Source: Tubiluchus corallicola (taxonomy: Eukaryota; Animalia; Priapulida). From it: 64,000 bases of DNA. The notes under the pieces are model-generated. The model was not told the origin of the DNA and did no database searches. It saw only the letters and a list, made by a program, of their open reading frames with translations. Where the stretch lies: the NCBI GenBank assembly GCA_030141605.1, contig JAQGDQ010000085.1, positions 1 to 64,000 on the forward strand, given 5' to 3'. Every line of letters begins with the position of its first letter. Positions within the stretch are counted from its first letter, which is position 1. Of the stretch, positions 1 through 13,065 are shown piece after piece. The translations under genes were made by a program, and so were the position numbers.

Positions 1-577
1 AACAAACCCAACCATGAACGTCTGTGAACGCCTGGGAAACAAACCCAACCATGAACGTCTGTGAACGCCTGGGAAACAAACCCAACCATGAACGTCTGTG
101 AACGCCTGGGAAACAAACCCAACCATGAACGTCTGTGAACGCCTGGGAAACAAACCCAACCATGAACGTCTGTGAACGCCTGGGAAACAAACCCAACCAT
201 GAACGTCTGTGAACGCCTGGGAAACAAACCCAACCATGAACGTCTGTGAACGCCTGGGAAACAAACCCAACCATGAACGTCTGTGAACGCCTGGGAAGTA
301 AACCCAACCATGAACGTCTGTGAACGCCTGGGAAACAAACCCAACCATGAACGTCTATGAACGCCTGGGAAACAAACCCAACCATGAACGTCTGTGAACG
401 CCTGGGAAACAAACCCAACCATGAACGTCTCTGAACGCCTGGGAAGTAAACCCAACCATGAACGTCTATGAACGCCTGGGAAACAAACCCAACCATGAAC
501 GTCTATGAACGCCTGGGAAACAAACCCAACCATGAACGTCTGTGAACGCTGGGAAACAAACCCAACCATGAACGTCC
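1..577. repeat. 38-bp minisatellite (~15 copies, runs off the window start)
   Basis: Head-to-tail unit AACAAACCCAACCATGAACGTCTGTGAACGCCTGGGAA with few variants and no spacers. Confidence 0.97.
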
Positions 578-694
578 AAATGATTGATTTTATCTGAAAA
601 TTACGTTTTCATGTGTCTAGCTTGAAACGCACCTTCTTAATAGAATAAGAGCAAATTGATTGATTTTTTTAGGAGCTACTGATCAAAAATTATA

Positions 695-3600
695 ATGAAC
701 GCAATTTTTATCTGCGCTATACTTCTTGTCAGCATTCATCTGGTTGAAAACAGAAAACTGAAGATCAAGTATGATGAGAAATTTGATAAAAGAATCGGTA
801 TGTACCCATTTTCTGCAAAACTCTCAACAGAACTGTTCTCTTTTACATAATGACAAAACCACTGCATAAATCATTTGTTGAGGTTCCGCAGTTTATATTA
901 ATTACGTTTCACGTGGCAAGAGGTTTCGTTTTATGTACGACTGTGTGGTGCATTTGTAGGCTCCAACCTGTGTTAAAGTATTACAGCTGCATTAAGTTTG
1001 ATATTTAAATGAAAAATAAGGAAGCCAAATACGCTGAAAAATTAAGTGTTTATTAAATAAAAATATTTAAGCAGCAACGTAGAAAACATGCGTGATAACC
1101 TTTAACGCTGCTGCTTTATAGTTAGGTCTAGCAAATAAAAGACTTGTCACTCACTCGCTCACCTCAAAAAAGACTTCACAAGATAACTTTCACAACTTCG
1201 CTGTTTCTTAGTTCTTCATAAGTAGAATAACAAGATACTTGAGATTGTGTTCATCAACTGCCTCTCACAAGTCCAGGTGTTATTTGCCTTATTAAACAAC
1301 ATCTGTGAGAAATAATTTCTGCCTTCCATAATTACAGTCTGCTGTTCCGTTCAGAGCTTGATGGCAATGGTGCACCAGATCCGGGAATCAGTAGTCGTAT
1401 TGTGAATGGATATGCTGCAGCACCTGGAGAATTCCCATATTACGTATGAATGAAATTCTTCATCATGCTATTGTCAGGGCTTTGTAATAGTGTACTTTTT
1501 TCTTTACCAACCTACATAAATAATATTATTTCGTGTTAACATATGGCATGTAATTTTATTAATTTCTTCAAACCGCGGCAATTATTAATGTTTATTTGCA
1601 AACCTTAGCAAGCCACATTACCATGGAAAAACCTTAACTCTGTTATCACGCTTCTGGAAACCATAGAAATTGTTTAGGATATGTAAATATTTTTAAAAAT
1701 TTTGAATAGAGCTGTCCTTACGAATACTGGGAAGCTAAGTACCTCTCAAACTTTTTCTGCGACTTTGTCCCCAAATTTCATGCAAAACTGCATTGTTTAG
1801 CTTAACGAGCTATTTCCATCGTCTCATTTTGAACTGTCATTTGGGAACGATGGCACTGTGACCATTATTATTGAAATCATATCTTAAGGTTATATAAGCA
1901 GCTGTGCATAAACACAATATTTGATGAGTGCTATTAACACACATTATAATGTTACGATGTTTAAATGACATTTACTTTCACCCCCACGTTGTGATGGTTT
2001 GGTCCTTCATGAAGCCATTGTGTATCAGCAATTCATGGCAACTATAATTAGCTGGTATGGAATGGCTTTGTGGATTCAGTAAGTGAATGGGACAGGTTTT
2101 TAACATAACGGCACATGTTTCACTTATGTCATCCAGCATAAAAAACACGTGAAAGATTCCTGGCAAATCTTCTTTTAATTTAGTTAATTATCCGAGTTAT
2201 CAGCACAATTACAGTAACATTCCGGTTTTACATGATGACATTATCTTACTACCAAAAAGTTAATTGCTGTATTAGGATGACCTAGTTGTTGATGTTTCTC
2301 CTCAGTGCTTTTTTGTTATAGGTTGAGCTGACAGTGAGATGGAGGGGTGATCACTATTTCTTCTGTGGTGGGTCACTCATTGACCGCAATTGGGTTCTTA
2401 CTGCCGCTCACTGTGTAGACGGTTACAGCCAAGTGTACGTGTTTTTTCTATGATAACGATGTTAACTCAAGTTTTTGTTTGCTTGTGTATGAACACTTCT
2501 AAAAATGATCAGGTTTGCTCTTTGTTTATGTGCCTGTTTTTCCTACTTTTGATTGTGGTTTTAATGTTTTTTTGACATTTAAGAAATAGGTAATTCTTGC
2601 TTGTCGTTCTCACTTCTTGTTACTTTTATTTCATTTTCTTTATCCTTTTATTGTTCATTTCTTGCAAGCCTCTTCTTTTTCTGTTTGTTATTTCCTTTTT
2701 ATGGTCACCAACCGATTTGTTTGCTTATGTTATACATAATAAGAAACAAATATTTAGCTCAGAACCAAACAAATGTGGATTTGATGGTAACTGGTTTGCT
2801 GGACAATATAGGTTCAGTAAAGTGTTTGAATGTAGCATTTACTATAAATTATTTTAATTTACAAAAATTTCTGATCAGTGTAAGATTTTGTGATAGAAAA
2901 AAACTAACTTACTTGTACTAGGTTACTTGCTGTTTTTGTACTGCAAGCTGACGTCCATCTGTTTCGCTCACTTTAGGCTAGCATCGATTCTAGTTGTTAG
3001 CTTAATAATTAAATAGCAGAACCAACTGAGTTAAATTATATTAATAATTGTACAGTTGTATAATTATGTTTAAGGAACAAAATCAGTAACAGCTAGGCCA
3101 CTCTTACTTAAACATTTCATGTTCATTCTGGTAGTTATTGAACATTATTGTATCTTATTGTACACGTTTTAACTGTTGTAGCTTACAGGGTGAAATGCCA
3201 GTTAGGCTAACTTAGGGAACTAGAACCTGCTGCAATAATTTGTTAATAAATTTTCAACCACGAGCAGGGCACCACCTTAGACTCACATGGCAAAATAGAT
3301 TTCAGTCGCGCACTTAGTGATATATGAGACAATGAATTCGTGCTTTACTGAAGACAGTAGCATAAACATTTTTATTTATTCTTTCTTAACAAGAAAGAAA
3401 GAAGAGACAAGGAAGGAGGTTTTTATATCATCTTGCTGTTTTATGACGAAATTTCAATGTCAACATTGATTTCAATATTTTTAAAGTTAGGTCGACATAT
3501 CCGTATTTATAACTGGAAATATACTAAGCTAAGAATTCTTGTGATTAATAGTATGAGTATTTGAAAACTGATCCAATCTATTCTATAAATTTCCTTTCTT

Positions 3601-6167
3601 TAACTCTTGAAATTATATGTTCACTGAAGACTAATGTTAATGATTTTTTTCTGCTATTTGTACTTTTATTATTTTATTGCATACTATTATTATTTTATGG
3701 GTTTGAATATGTCCTAGTCCTCAGCGTAATTTTCATCTTTTATCTAGTTTATAGCATTTCACGGCCTGAAATAAACTTAAATCTTATTGTAAGAACACCG
3801 TTTATTTTGACTTGCATCTATCCCAAGCTTAAATTATAGCTCTTTGTTAGGACCTGTAAATGTTGAAGACTTAAAAAAGCCATAACTTGGATTCCATAAC
3901 GCAAGTATTCCTGATGAAATGACCCTATGCCAAAAATAATTTTTCTACATTTTACCATTTAGGAAACTTGGAGTCCATTTTGGTGCAACTACTTTTTCAG
4001 ATGCAACACAGTCCAGGACGGTATGAGAAAAATAAAGAAATAAATATGTGAAATGAGTAATACATGCAGAAATAGCTATTTCACCTGACCAATATATAGA
4101 GTCACCTGTATAACTAATAGAGGCATGGTGACTAACATAGATAACATGTATTGTGTTTTGCTCAAAATCCACTACGTTATTGACAACGACGTGTATCGTG
4201 TAATTTATCTTTATTATACATAATTAATTATAATTTTCAGTTACTTCTGCAAACATAAGTGGATAATTAATTACTATTATTTTGTAGATTTAATCAAGTA
4301 AAATACTAAGTTAACTTATACACTGTTGGGCATGACAAAAATGAAATTTCTGTTACAACTAAAAGCCATTGGGCAATAGTTTTTAAATTATTTTTTTCTA
4401 TTTGGGTTAGCAGTATGAAGTATGTGCTGGTTTGTCCTTTTCTATCAAATCAGGTTTTGACTTTTGTTTCATTGCTTCTTGTCGTTATAAGGTTGATAAA
4501 ATCATTAACTAAATCGAGTGAAATATATTCTGTCTAGGTTGATCAAGTGATTACCCACCCTGGCTTTAGCTGGTATACAGCAGAAAATGACATAGCTCTG
4601 CTAAGACTTAGTTCTCCAGTCGATTTAACTGACTATAGAGTTGGCACAGTTGTACTACCTAACGGAACGGATCTCTATGAGAATATTACTGCTCGTATCG
4701 TCGGATTTGGACGTATATATTACAGTAAGCCACATAAAAATTTGAACATAATAAGAACTAAGGGAAATAGGTAGAACGGGTGATAGATTAATTACCACAA
4801 GAACAATTAAAAGTAAGTCCAATTTTGTTCATAGGAACATTTTTTGCAAAACTTCACAGCATACCAGAACTTATCGACAAACAAAATTGCTACCCTAAGT
4901 ATTTCTGCATAATCACATAAGTCGTTAAAATAACCAAAGATACGTACTCTTTTACTACATTAGGGTAGGATTCTTGAGTACTGCTTATTCAAAGTTTTGC
5001 CTTTACTTCTTGTCAATTTTGTATCCATGAATATTAAAGCAATAAAAAATTAAAATATATTCGGGGAAAAATACTTTTATCCATTTAATTTACCAGTAAG
5101 AGTTGAATTTTAAATTCTGTTACTGGATTTATAAATAAGGCGTAAGGGTTGGCACTAGCTATATATGACTTAAAGTTTACAGGGGCTCAAGCAGTTTTGT
5201 TTTCTATTTTTAGGATCAATTATCTCTGTTACCTTTAGAATGAATTTATCAGGAGCATATTGATAGTAAATTTCTTTTGCTACAAATCTCACTAAAAGCA
5301 AACCATTCATTAATTTTATTATTATTTTTATTAACGTTTATAAGCGGATGCTGCTCAGCATTTTTCAGTTGTTCCTATTTTTCAGTCCTTGAAAATAACT
5401 CACTAGTTTCTCACAATTATCAGCTAATAAATTTTACTAATTTGCTTATAGGTGGACCTTCACCAGATGTTCTTCAGACTGTTGTTTTACCTGTTGTTCC
5501 TAATGACAAATGTGATGATGCAATAAGAGCAGTTTCTGACGATTCGTTCCCTCTCACTGAAGATATGATCTGTATTGGAAATTTGGAATGATGAGAGTGG
5601 GTCATGCAACGTTAGTGGCAGATTTTATTTAATTAAATTACTTTAAGCCTCTTCACTGTGTAATTCTTTTCCATCAACGATTTGAGAAACAGCTTCTAAG
5701 CAGCTTCAAGAATCAAGATGCACTTTTTGGAAAAAACTAAACGTAACTAATTTAGCTTAGTGTTTAACTCACTTTTATTCCATGTTTAAATTTGTATTCT
5801 GCTAAAAGGTTTGTTTTCTGTTTCTTCACAGATCAAAATTTTTAGAAATCATAACCTTTTATCAAACCAAAATATGTTCATTCTAGTATATAAAGACAAA
5901 AAGTAAGTATTAGTTTACACCAAAGTAAACAAGGTATGAAGAGTAACGTATATTGATGGTGTTAAAGTAATTAGAATTGCCTACATTAACAAAATTATAA
6001 GTTGTTGCTTTATTCAGGGAGATTCTGGTGGTCCAGTGGTTGAAGAAGCAACGGGAGAGCTTATTGGTGTCGTTTCCTGGGGATATCAATGTCAGGGAAG
6101 TGGAACTCCAGGCGTAAAAACCCGAGTGACTTCATTCAGACAGTGGATCATTGATCAAATAAAGTGA
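695..6167 (+). pseudogene. Chymotrypsin-like S1A serine protease, paralogue 1 (7 coding exons; +1 frameshift in exon 6)
   Basis: GT-AG exons: 695-797 (signal peptide MNAIFICAILLVSIHLVEN), 1355-1443 (SSR|IVNG activation site), 2322-2434 ([14 protein letters not shown]), 3963-4020, 4538-4724 (ENDIALL), 5452-5610, 6018-6167 (GDSGGP..VSWG..PGV). An extra base at ~5589 gives TGA TGA before the catalytic Ser exon; this could be a real lesion or an assembly error. Confidence 0.88.
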
Positions 6168-9017
6168 TTACAATTATATTGTAACATTTTATGTGAAAAA
6201 AAGGAACTGATATTTCCTATTAAACAATTCCTAACTAGCAAAGAGAAAATTACATAAAGATAATTATAAACTCAAAAATTGTAATAAAGAGCGGATGGTA
6301 ATTAATTTTGTAAATTTGATTGATTTTGTTAACTAAAATCATTTTTCGATATTATGGATAGGTCAAGTTTAGCCCAAATACTAATACATTCAGCTAGAAA
6401 TTGAAAGTTGAGAAAAAAGTGTTATGGAACTATGTACTTACATACTGTGTTTTTATTTCATAACTGTATCTATTTTTTAGCACTTGTCTTTTAACTGAAG
6501 TCTTATTCGTGATGAATTACCAAAACAGTGGGAAAACTGCAGCAAATTTTTTGTGTATAATTGTGACTAAATAAAAGTATGGCACTAAATCTTTTAAAAT
6601 ATACTTTACAGCCTCTCATTATTTAGACCACGCCTTCATATATTGCAAAAGCATGCCTTACGTAAAAAGAAAGCTTTAATGATTTATTAATAACAACGAA
6701 AATAATTCTTAATAGGTAGCACGGAAATAATTTTTAATAGCAAAAATCGTTATTTTTAATAAGAAATCTCACATGTGTGTTTTCCTTTTTCGCTGTGAAA
6801 CTTCAGATTAATGGCTTTTCGTTGTTATATCTATTTGTTTTTTACTTTTTTGTTTTACGTAAAACACACGTAGAAAAATATTTTTGTGTCACAATTTGAC
6901 CATTTCATGTAAACAAATACAACGCACACCCATGTAAAAACTTTGTTATAGCAAATTGTTGTTGATGTGTTTTGATGATAATAACTAACTTTTCTCTCAG
7001 TACCACTCACAAACACGATGGTAGAGAGCCAACAATTCTTTGCATTACAATGCCAAATGCTTAACTGTTGCTGTTGATTTTGTTGTTGTTGTTCCTGCTG
7101 CTGTTGCTGTTGTTGTCTTTACGCGCTGTTGTTGTTGCTGTTGTTTACACACTTCACGAGGAGTGCTAGTGCTGTCCGTTCGTTGTGCAGTTGTACCACC
7201 ACACATTTGAATAACGTCAAAATGACCAGATTTGAACTGTAGGAGTGATTTGTGGAACTCCTCTGTTTCTTCAGCTGCATTGTAATTAAACGAATATGGC
7301 TTAACAGCTGCAATAAATAGATAAAATTTTGTACCAAACAAAATAGGCCTACAGTAGGAAAAAACCTATTACAGTTAAATAATAGACATATATTAAGTAA
7401 ATTTGTATTTTAGACTATACTTGAATTTAGTTGGTAGGCCCTCATTTCCGTTAACTTATTGTAAAAACACAATGTAAAACTTGCAGTCCCGTTAAAACGA
7501 TTTAAACAATCGATGCACTGAAAGTTGCACTTCAAAAATGCCCGAGAAATAGTGAGAACTACATTGTGGTGCCATCTTTTAGGAGAATTAGCGGAAATGT
7601 GCAAGAGATGCTTAAATTACAAAATAATTTTGCATAGACGACCGTACTAATTAAATGTTGAAATGTATACGCGAATAGTCTGAATCAGTAGCCTGTTATG
7701 TATTTTTTGCCCACTTATGGTTTATGTTACATAATGCTTCTTCTACAATGATTTTCGCTGATTATTTGGCTGTGTCGTCCAATGATTTTAATTTGCGTTT
7801 TTTCACACCGTTACAGTGTGAGCATTGACTAAACAACTTTTTGCTTTTAACCTTTGACTTTTTTACTAACGGACTTCTGATCAGGATTTACAATAATAAC
7901 CTGTTACCGCCATTTGATAATTCTAGCCCTAGTGATTTGCAAAATATGATCAATTTCGTAAAAAATTCAAAGGCAACATTGTTCGTCAGTAAAACCGGAT
8001 TTAAATAAAATAATCTGACACAAGAAGAGTACAACTCATTTTAATACACACAAAAGAATTCTAAGAGATCTTATACACTGATTTCATTTATTTGTTGTTT
8101 TTGTTTGAACTAACACTTAAGCTATGGTACCTAGAGCTATGGATCTTGCAGGGAAAACAACCCGGACAAAGCTAGTTTAGAAAACTGGAATTGTTTAAAA
8201 CGGTCACAGATAGGAGCGAAAGAGCGACAATTATGGCAAACATCTGGTGATACATGAGTAAACCACAGGCGCAGTACCATATATGGGAAGCCCAGCTTGG
8301 TACAGGTGTCTGAGCAGCAGAACAACGCCACAACGTGGATTAAACTTGACTCAGTTCAATAGTAAATAATTTTAAGTATAGGTGGCAGCACATATTAACA
8401 TTATTCATTCAAGTAATAATTAATGGTGCTTACTGGCCAGTGTGTCTGACAAGTGACAACCATGCTCATGCGTTTGGCTCTGATTTCATTTAGTCTTGTT
8501 TTATTCAACGTATTACGTCTAGCAAAAAACGACCTAAGTTTAATTTAAATCACAATTACCCATATTATTGCCTGAGAATATAATGTTGTCTCAAAATATT
8601 TCCTCACAGCCAATTTGCAATAATCACGGACGGGTGCATGACTGCATTTAATTTTTAATTTACGTTTCGTTTCCTTGGCATCGCAAAGAATATCACAAAA
8701 CTGCAAGAGAACGGGAGAACCCATCCGATAACATAAAACAACACTCGTTACCAATTACACTGGTGTTACCTATAATGCTACTAGTCATTATTAACAATAG
8801 ACAGAGGCACATTTGTGAAAAAGTCACATTTGTGAAAATTTCTAATTACGATAATAATAAATCAGTAATATCTTAGTAATAAATCAACGGACAACTGTTT
8901 ATTCCTGGTGTCCACATAATAATGCACATAAGACAAATCTATGAACCTTGTCTATAAATAATGATGGTTTCAATTTTATTATGAATATTGTCCACACTGT
9001 TGTTCAGCATGAGTTTT

Positions 9018-9092
9018 GTGTGGAGTGGCCGAGTGGTTTAGATTTCGTGCTACAAACACGCAGCCTTGAGTTCGATACTAGAGGCTGCCAAC
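9018..9092 (+). mobile_element. tRNA-derived SINE head (degenerate)
   Basis: Pol III box A TGGCCGAGTGGTT and box B GAGTTCGATACT at tRNA-like spacing, without a convincing full cloverleaf. Confidence 0.55.
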
Positions 9093-11869
9093 GCCAGAGC
9101 GTATACACTACATGTTATCCGTTATTTGTGTGTTTCATCTTTGCCCGTATTGTTGTAGTAAGTGCAAGTATAAGTGTAAATCGCTAAATAGAAACTGTTT
9201 CATCATTGGCCCAAGACTACGTGAAAGTTAGCTTCCTCCCTTCTAACATGATCCAGCAAACATAGTAGACATAGTTCAGCAGAATATGTAACCGCAATAT
9301 TTTGTACAATAAATATGTAAGAACTCATATATTAAGATAATGGTTTATTTGAGCATTAAAAAGAAATCTTGGAACCCCGCTTCGTAATAATTATTGTTGT
9401 GCGCTGCACCTTAATATAGGACCCTGCTGTAAACGAAAACTTTGCACCATTCACCACTTTATTCTCTTGCACCATTCTTTCACCATTGACGTGGTTCATG
9501 GGTTGAAGGAAAGCAGTGCACTGTCAATTTCTATCAAAATTATAACAAATTTTTACAAAAATAGATTGTAATTTTTGTGATATTGTGTATGAAGATAATG
9601 AACATTACGTAAGCTGCACAAGTTTGAACAAGTTTAAATTCGCTCTTACAGATATGAAAAGTCAAAAAATCTACCAGTTAAGCCATAACTTTCACGTGAA
9701 CGACGGCTACAGCCATATATAGATAGTATAAATAAATTTTATGCCCTCCAGACAATTTTTATGCAGAATCCTTTGTTTTTTCAAAGTTTAGTTGATAACG
9801 TTAAAATAAACATGACGATGAATTGTCATTTGCTATAAATATGATCTCATTACGCATTAAGAAAAACTGTGACTAAGCAAGATTGAAATTTGTAGCATTC
9901 ATTTTCTCTAAGCATAAACTATTTAGTGAATTTTACTGTTTAGATTCCTTGTACACCTAGCGTTCCATTGCAATTTTGCATTTAAATTCTTAGTAATTAC
10001 AATTATATTTCAATTATTAAGTTCGCCTATTTGCGTAAACAATGACTGATGTATGATTGCAGCAGTAAACATTGAACAGAGTTGCAAGAAAATTACAGTT
10101 ACAGCCAGGTGAGTAAACACTTAACTTATTCACTATTTACCTGGTTTGTGTATGTTCAATTCTCAAATGGCTGTTACTATTATTTTTTTGGATTGTTGCA
10201 TAATTACCTTTGTAATTGCATACCAAATGCAGTAATAAATTTTACATCTTTTTAGTAGGCGGATATCATATTTTTGTATAAAAGGATGTGAAAATTCAAA
10301 ATTTTGAACAGAGCGTTTTCTCAGTGAAAACCGAAGAATATTCAAGGTAACAGAAGAACGCCCGTCGTAAGGTAAGAGAGAATTCTGTTTTTACAGGCTT
10401 TAATTACTTATAAGTGAAAATGATGATTTATTGGGAAACATTCATAGGCAAATTTAGATTTGACGACGGGCATTGTAGATCAAGCATGCTATCTTTATTC
10501 ATGACATCGTTTTGACGTATGACGAGGTAAGGCATGAGTTAAGTAAGTTAAAAAACTCTTCGCTTTTCTTACGAGTCCCATATGTTGCTTCAGTCTGCAC
10601 TCAAACACAAATTAAGTAACGACATTCTTTTTTAATAATAATTAATCAGCAACTGTTTATATAACCGGCATGAACATCACAATACATCTAAATTTTAAAT
10701 TGGAAAAAACTGTTTTAAGTGGAACTACTGAGTGCAAGAAACTATTTTTTTATAAAAGTCATTTTGCCCCCACTGATCAAAGTGATCACTGATTAAAAAC
10801 AAAAATTATAATAGTGTTTCTATGAACGCTTGGGAAACAAACCCAACCATCAGTCTCCACTGGAACGTTTGATCTGTAACGCACCTTTTCTTATATTAAT
10901 GAAACAAGTTCATTTTAATTGATTTTTTAGGAGTTACTGTTCAGAAATCATAATGAACGCAATTGTTATCTGCGCTGTATTTCTTGTCTGCATTCATCTG
11001 GTTGAAAACGGGAAGCTGACGATCAAATTTGATGAGAAATTTGATAAAAGAATCGGTACGTATAGTTTTTCTGTAAAGCTGTCAACCGGACTGTTCTCTT
11101 CTGCATAAACTGAAAACCCATTGTAGAAACCTCTTTGATGAAGTGTGTATAATAATTACGTTTACATGTGACAAGAGGTTTTCGTTTGATGTATAAGCAT
11201 GTTCGTAATTGTATAAACCTAACAAATGTAGACTTCGTACTTTGTTAGAGCATTACAGTTGCTATATTTCGAAATTTGCATGAAAATTAAAGTTTGAAAG
11301 GAAACTTGTTCAGTAGGAGCAGGTGAGGTAAACCTTTTCAGTGTGATTCTGTTCGGTTACAAATTTTACTGCCTCGATAAACATGCACGCACCTTAACAA
11401 TGAAAACTTCATGAATAAACCGAAATTATTGAAGAACTTTCAAAATTTTCACAAAAATGATTCACAAATTCACGCATACGATAAGCAGGTTTACAGTAAA
11501 TGTTAAACTCAGTTAGCAGCTGCAGTAGCTCTTATTCTCATTTGAACAAGGATAATCACCGTGATTAAATCAGAGACTAACAAGGTGAGAAAAACGAAAT
11601 TTTTAATAAATAAAAATATTTAGGCACCAACATAGAAAACATGAACGATTAAGTATAAAAAAATTCCAGAAAACTGGTAATACTGGATCAGTAAATATCT
11701 GACGCTTTACTGTTAGGATCCACATATAAAAAACCTGTCACGTACATAAAAAAAAGTTCGTAATTCAAGCCAAAGACATTACCCAGTTCTAGTACATTTC
11801 ATAAGCTCGCTATTTTCTAGTTCATTATAAGAAGAAACGTAGGAGTCATGTCATTGATAATTTTTTAGT

Positions 11870-12340
11870 ATTGAACAAGTTTGTACCTTGTACGCCTAAC
11901 ATGCAAAGGTAGGCGTCCCTACTTCTGCGTACAATGGACTACGACAAGTTCCTCTGACAGTTCCTGTTGTTATCCTGAAAGCGTCCAGTTGAATTTCTTC
12001 AAACGGGAATTTCTTCAGACTGTTTAGCTGTGCAATTATCCCATATGCAACATGCATTTTCTAAAATGGGTGGTGTGAAGCTGGTATATAAAGTCCTGAG
12101 AGTTTTCCGGTCTAATTGTTATTTAAAGTTTGCGATCATGTCTTTATATGGCGGGACCATTGTTCATTAGACGAAAACGTAAGTCCCTGATGCTTATGAT
12201 TGTTGACATTACAGATGTGTTCGCCATCGAAGTATAAAGGTGGGTGTAATGGAATTGGTCTTTGAGATAACTAAGAATTCAGTTTTTTGAAGATTAAAAC
12301 TGACCAGCCATTTTTTGGACCATTGTTTAATTTTTTTCCA
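11870..12340 (-). mobile_element. CR1/L2-group LINE 3' ORF2 fragment in intron
   Basis: Minus-strand translation with frameshifts: LYTSFTPPILENACCIWDNCT..EEIQLDAFRITTGTVRGT, typical of the post-RT region. Confidence 0.6.
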
Positions 12341-12659
12341 TGTCATTATTCAATTCTAATGCAGATTGAACTGGGTTGTCTACCAGAATAAAAGGAGATG
12401 TAACATCAGCAAAAAGGCGGATATCTTGTTCCTTCTTCATCCTTGAATTTGTTTTTTTCAGAGCTAAATGGTAATGGTGAGCCAGATTCTGGAATCAGTA
12501 GTCGTATTGTAAATGGGCGTACTGCAGCCCCTGGAGAATTCCCATATTACGTAAGAATGCACTTTTTCATCATATTATTCAATAGGCAGTCCTTCCTAAT
12601 AATATACTTTTCTTTCTTTACAAAAAACACAAGTAATATTGTCCTGGGCACCATTCACG

Positions 12660-13065
12660 TTTCTATTGAGGCTAAGTTATGCATTTGGCCTATATAAAAG
12701 CGGTCTCCTCAGCTCGTTTGCTGGTCCAGTTAGATTAATCCACGACGGTGTAAACTCTATTTCGTCATTATTTTTGAATGTATTTGATGTGATTTGTCAA
12801 TAAAGGTATCCTTTTCCTCAAACATCATCCTCTTGTTTCGTGGATGGATGTCAGAAGAGTTATAGACTGATTGGCCTCCGCATCTGCTGGCACCAAACCA
12901 ACTTGGGTAGCTTTAGCCCTTGTCGGTGAGTTCTTTGGCTAAAGTATACTTCTAATTAAGATCCTACAGGTAACACACAGGTACTGCGCTTTACACGTGT
13001 TCCATTTGGAATTCTTTCTAGTCCCTGGATGTTATCAGGAACGGTATGTCACCATCTCACAAAAA
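12660..13065 (-). mobile_element. Degenerate non-LTR retrotransposon fragment in intron
   Basis: Segment absent from the paralogous intron of gene 1, higher GC; broken minus-strand frames ending ..SLHRRGLI.. resemble the GGRGL motif of R4/RTE-type ORFs. Confidence 0.35.

Noticed and set aside
1-577. CRISPR-like array (38-bp repeats)
   Set aside because: Units are contiguous with no unique spacers, there are no cas genes, and the context is a eukaryotic intron.
1978-2170. Possible LTR-retrotransposon integrase fragment in a protease intron
   Set aside because: Only a faint resemblance in broken frames; not supportable.
9018-9092. tRNA gene
   Set aside because: A and B boxes are present but the stems do not pair convincingly; treated as a SINE relic.
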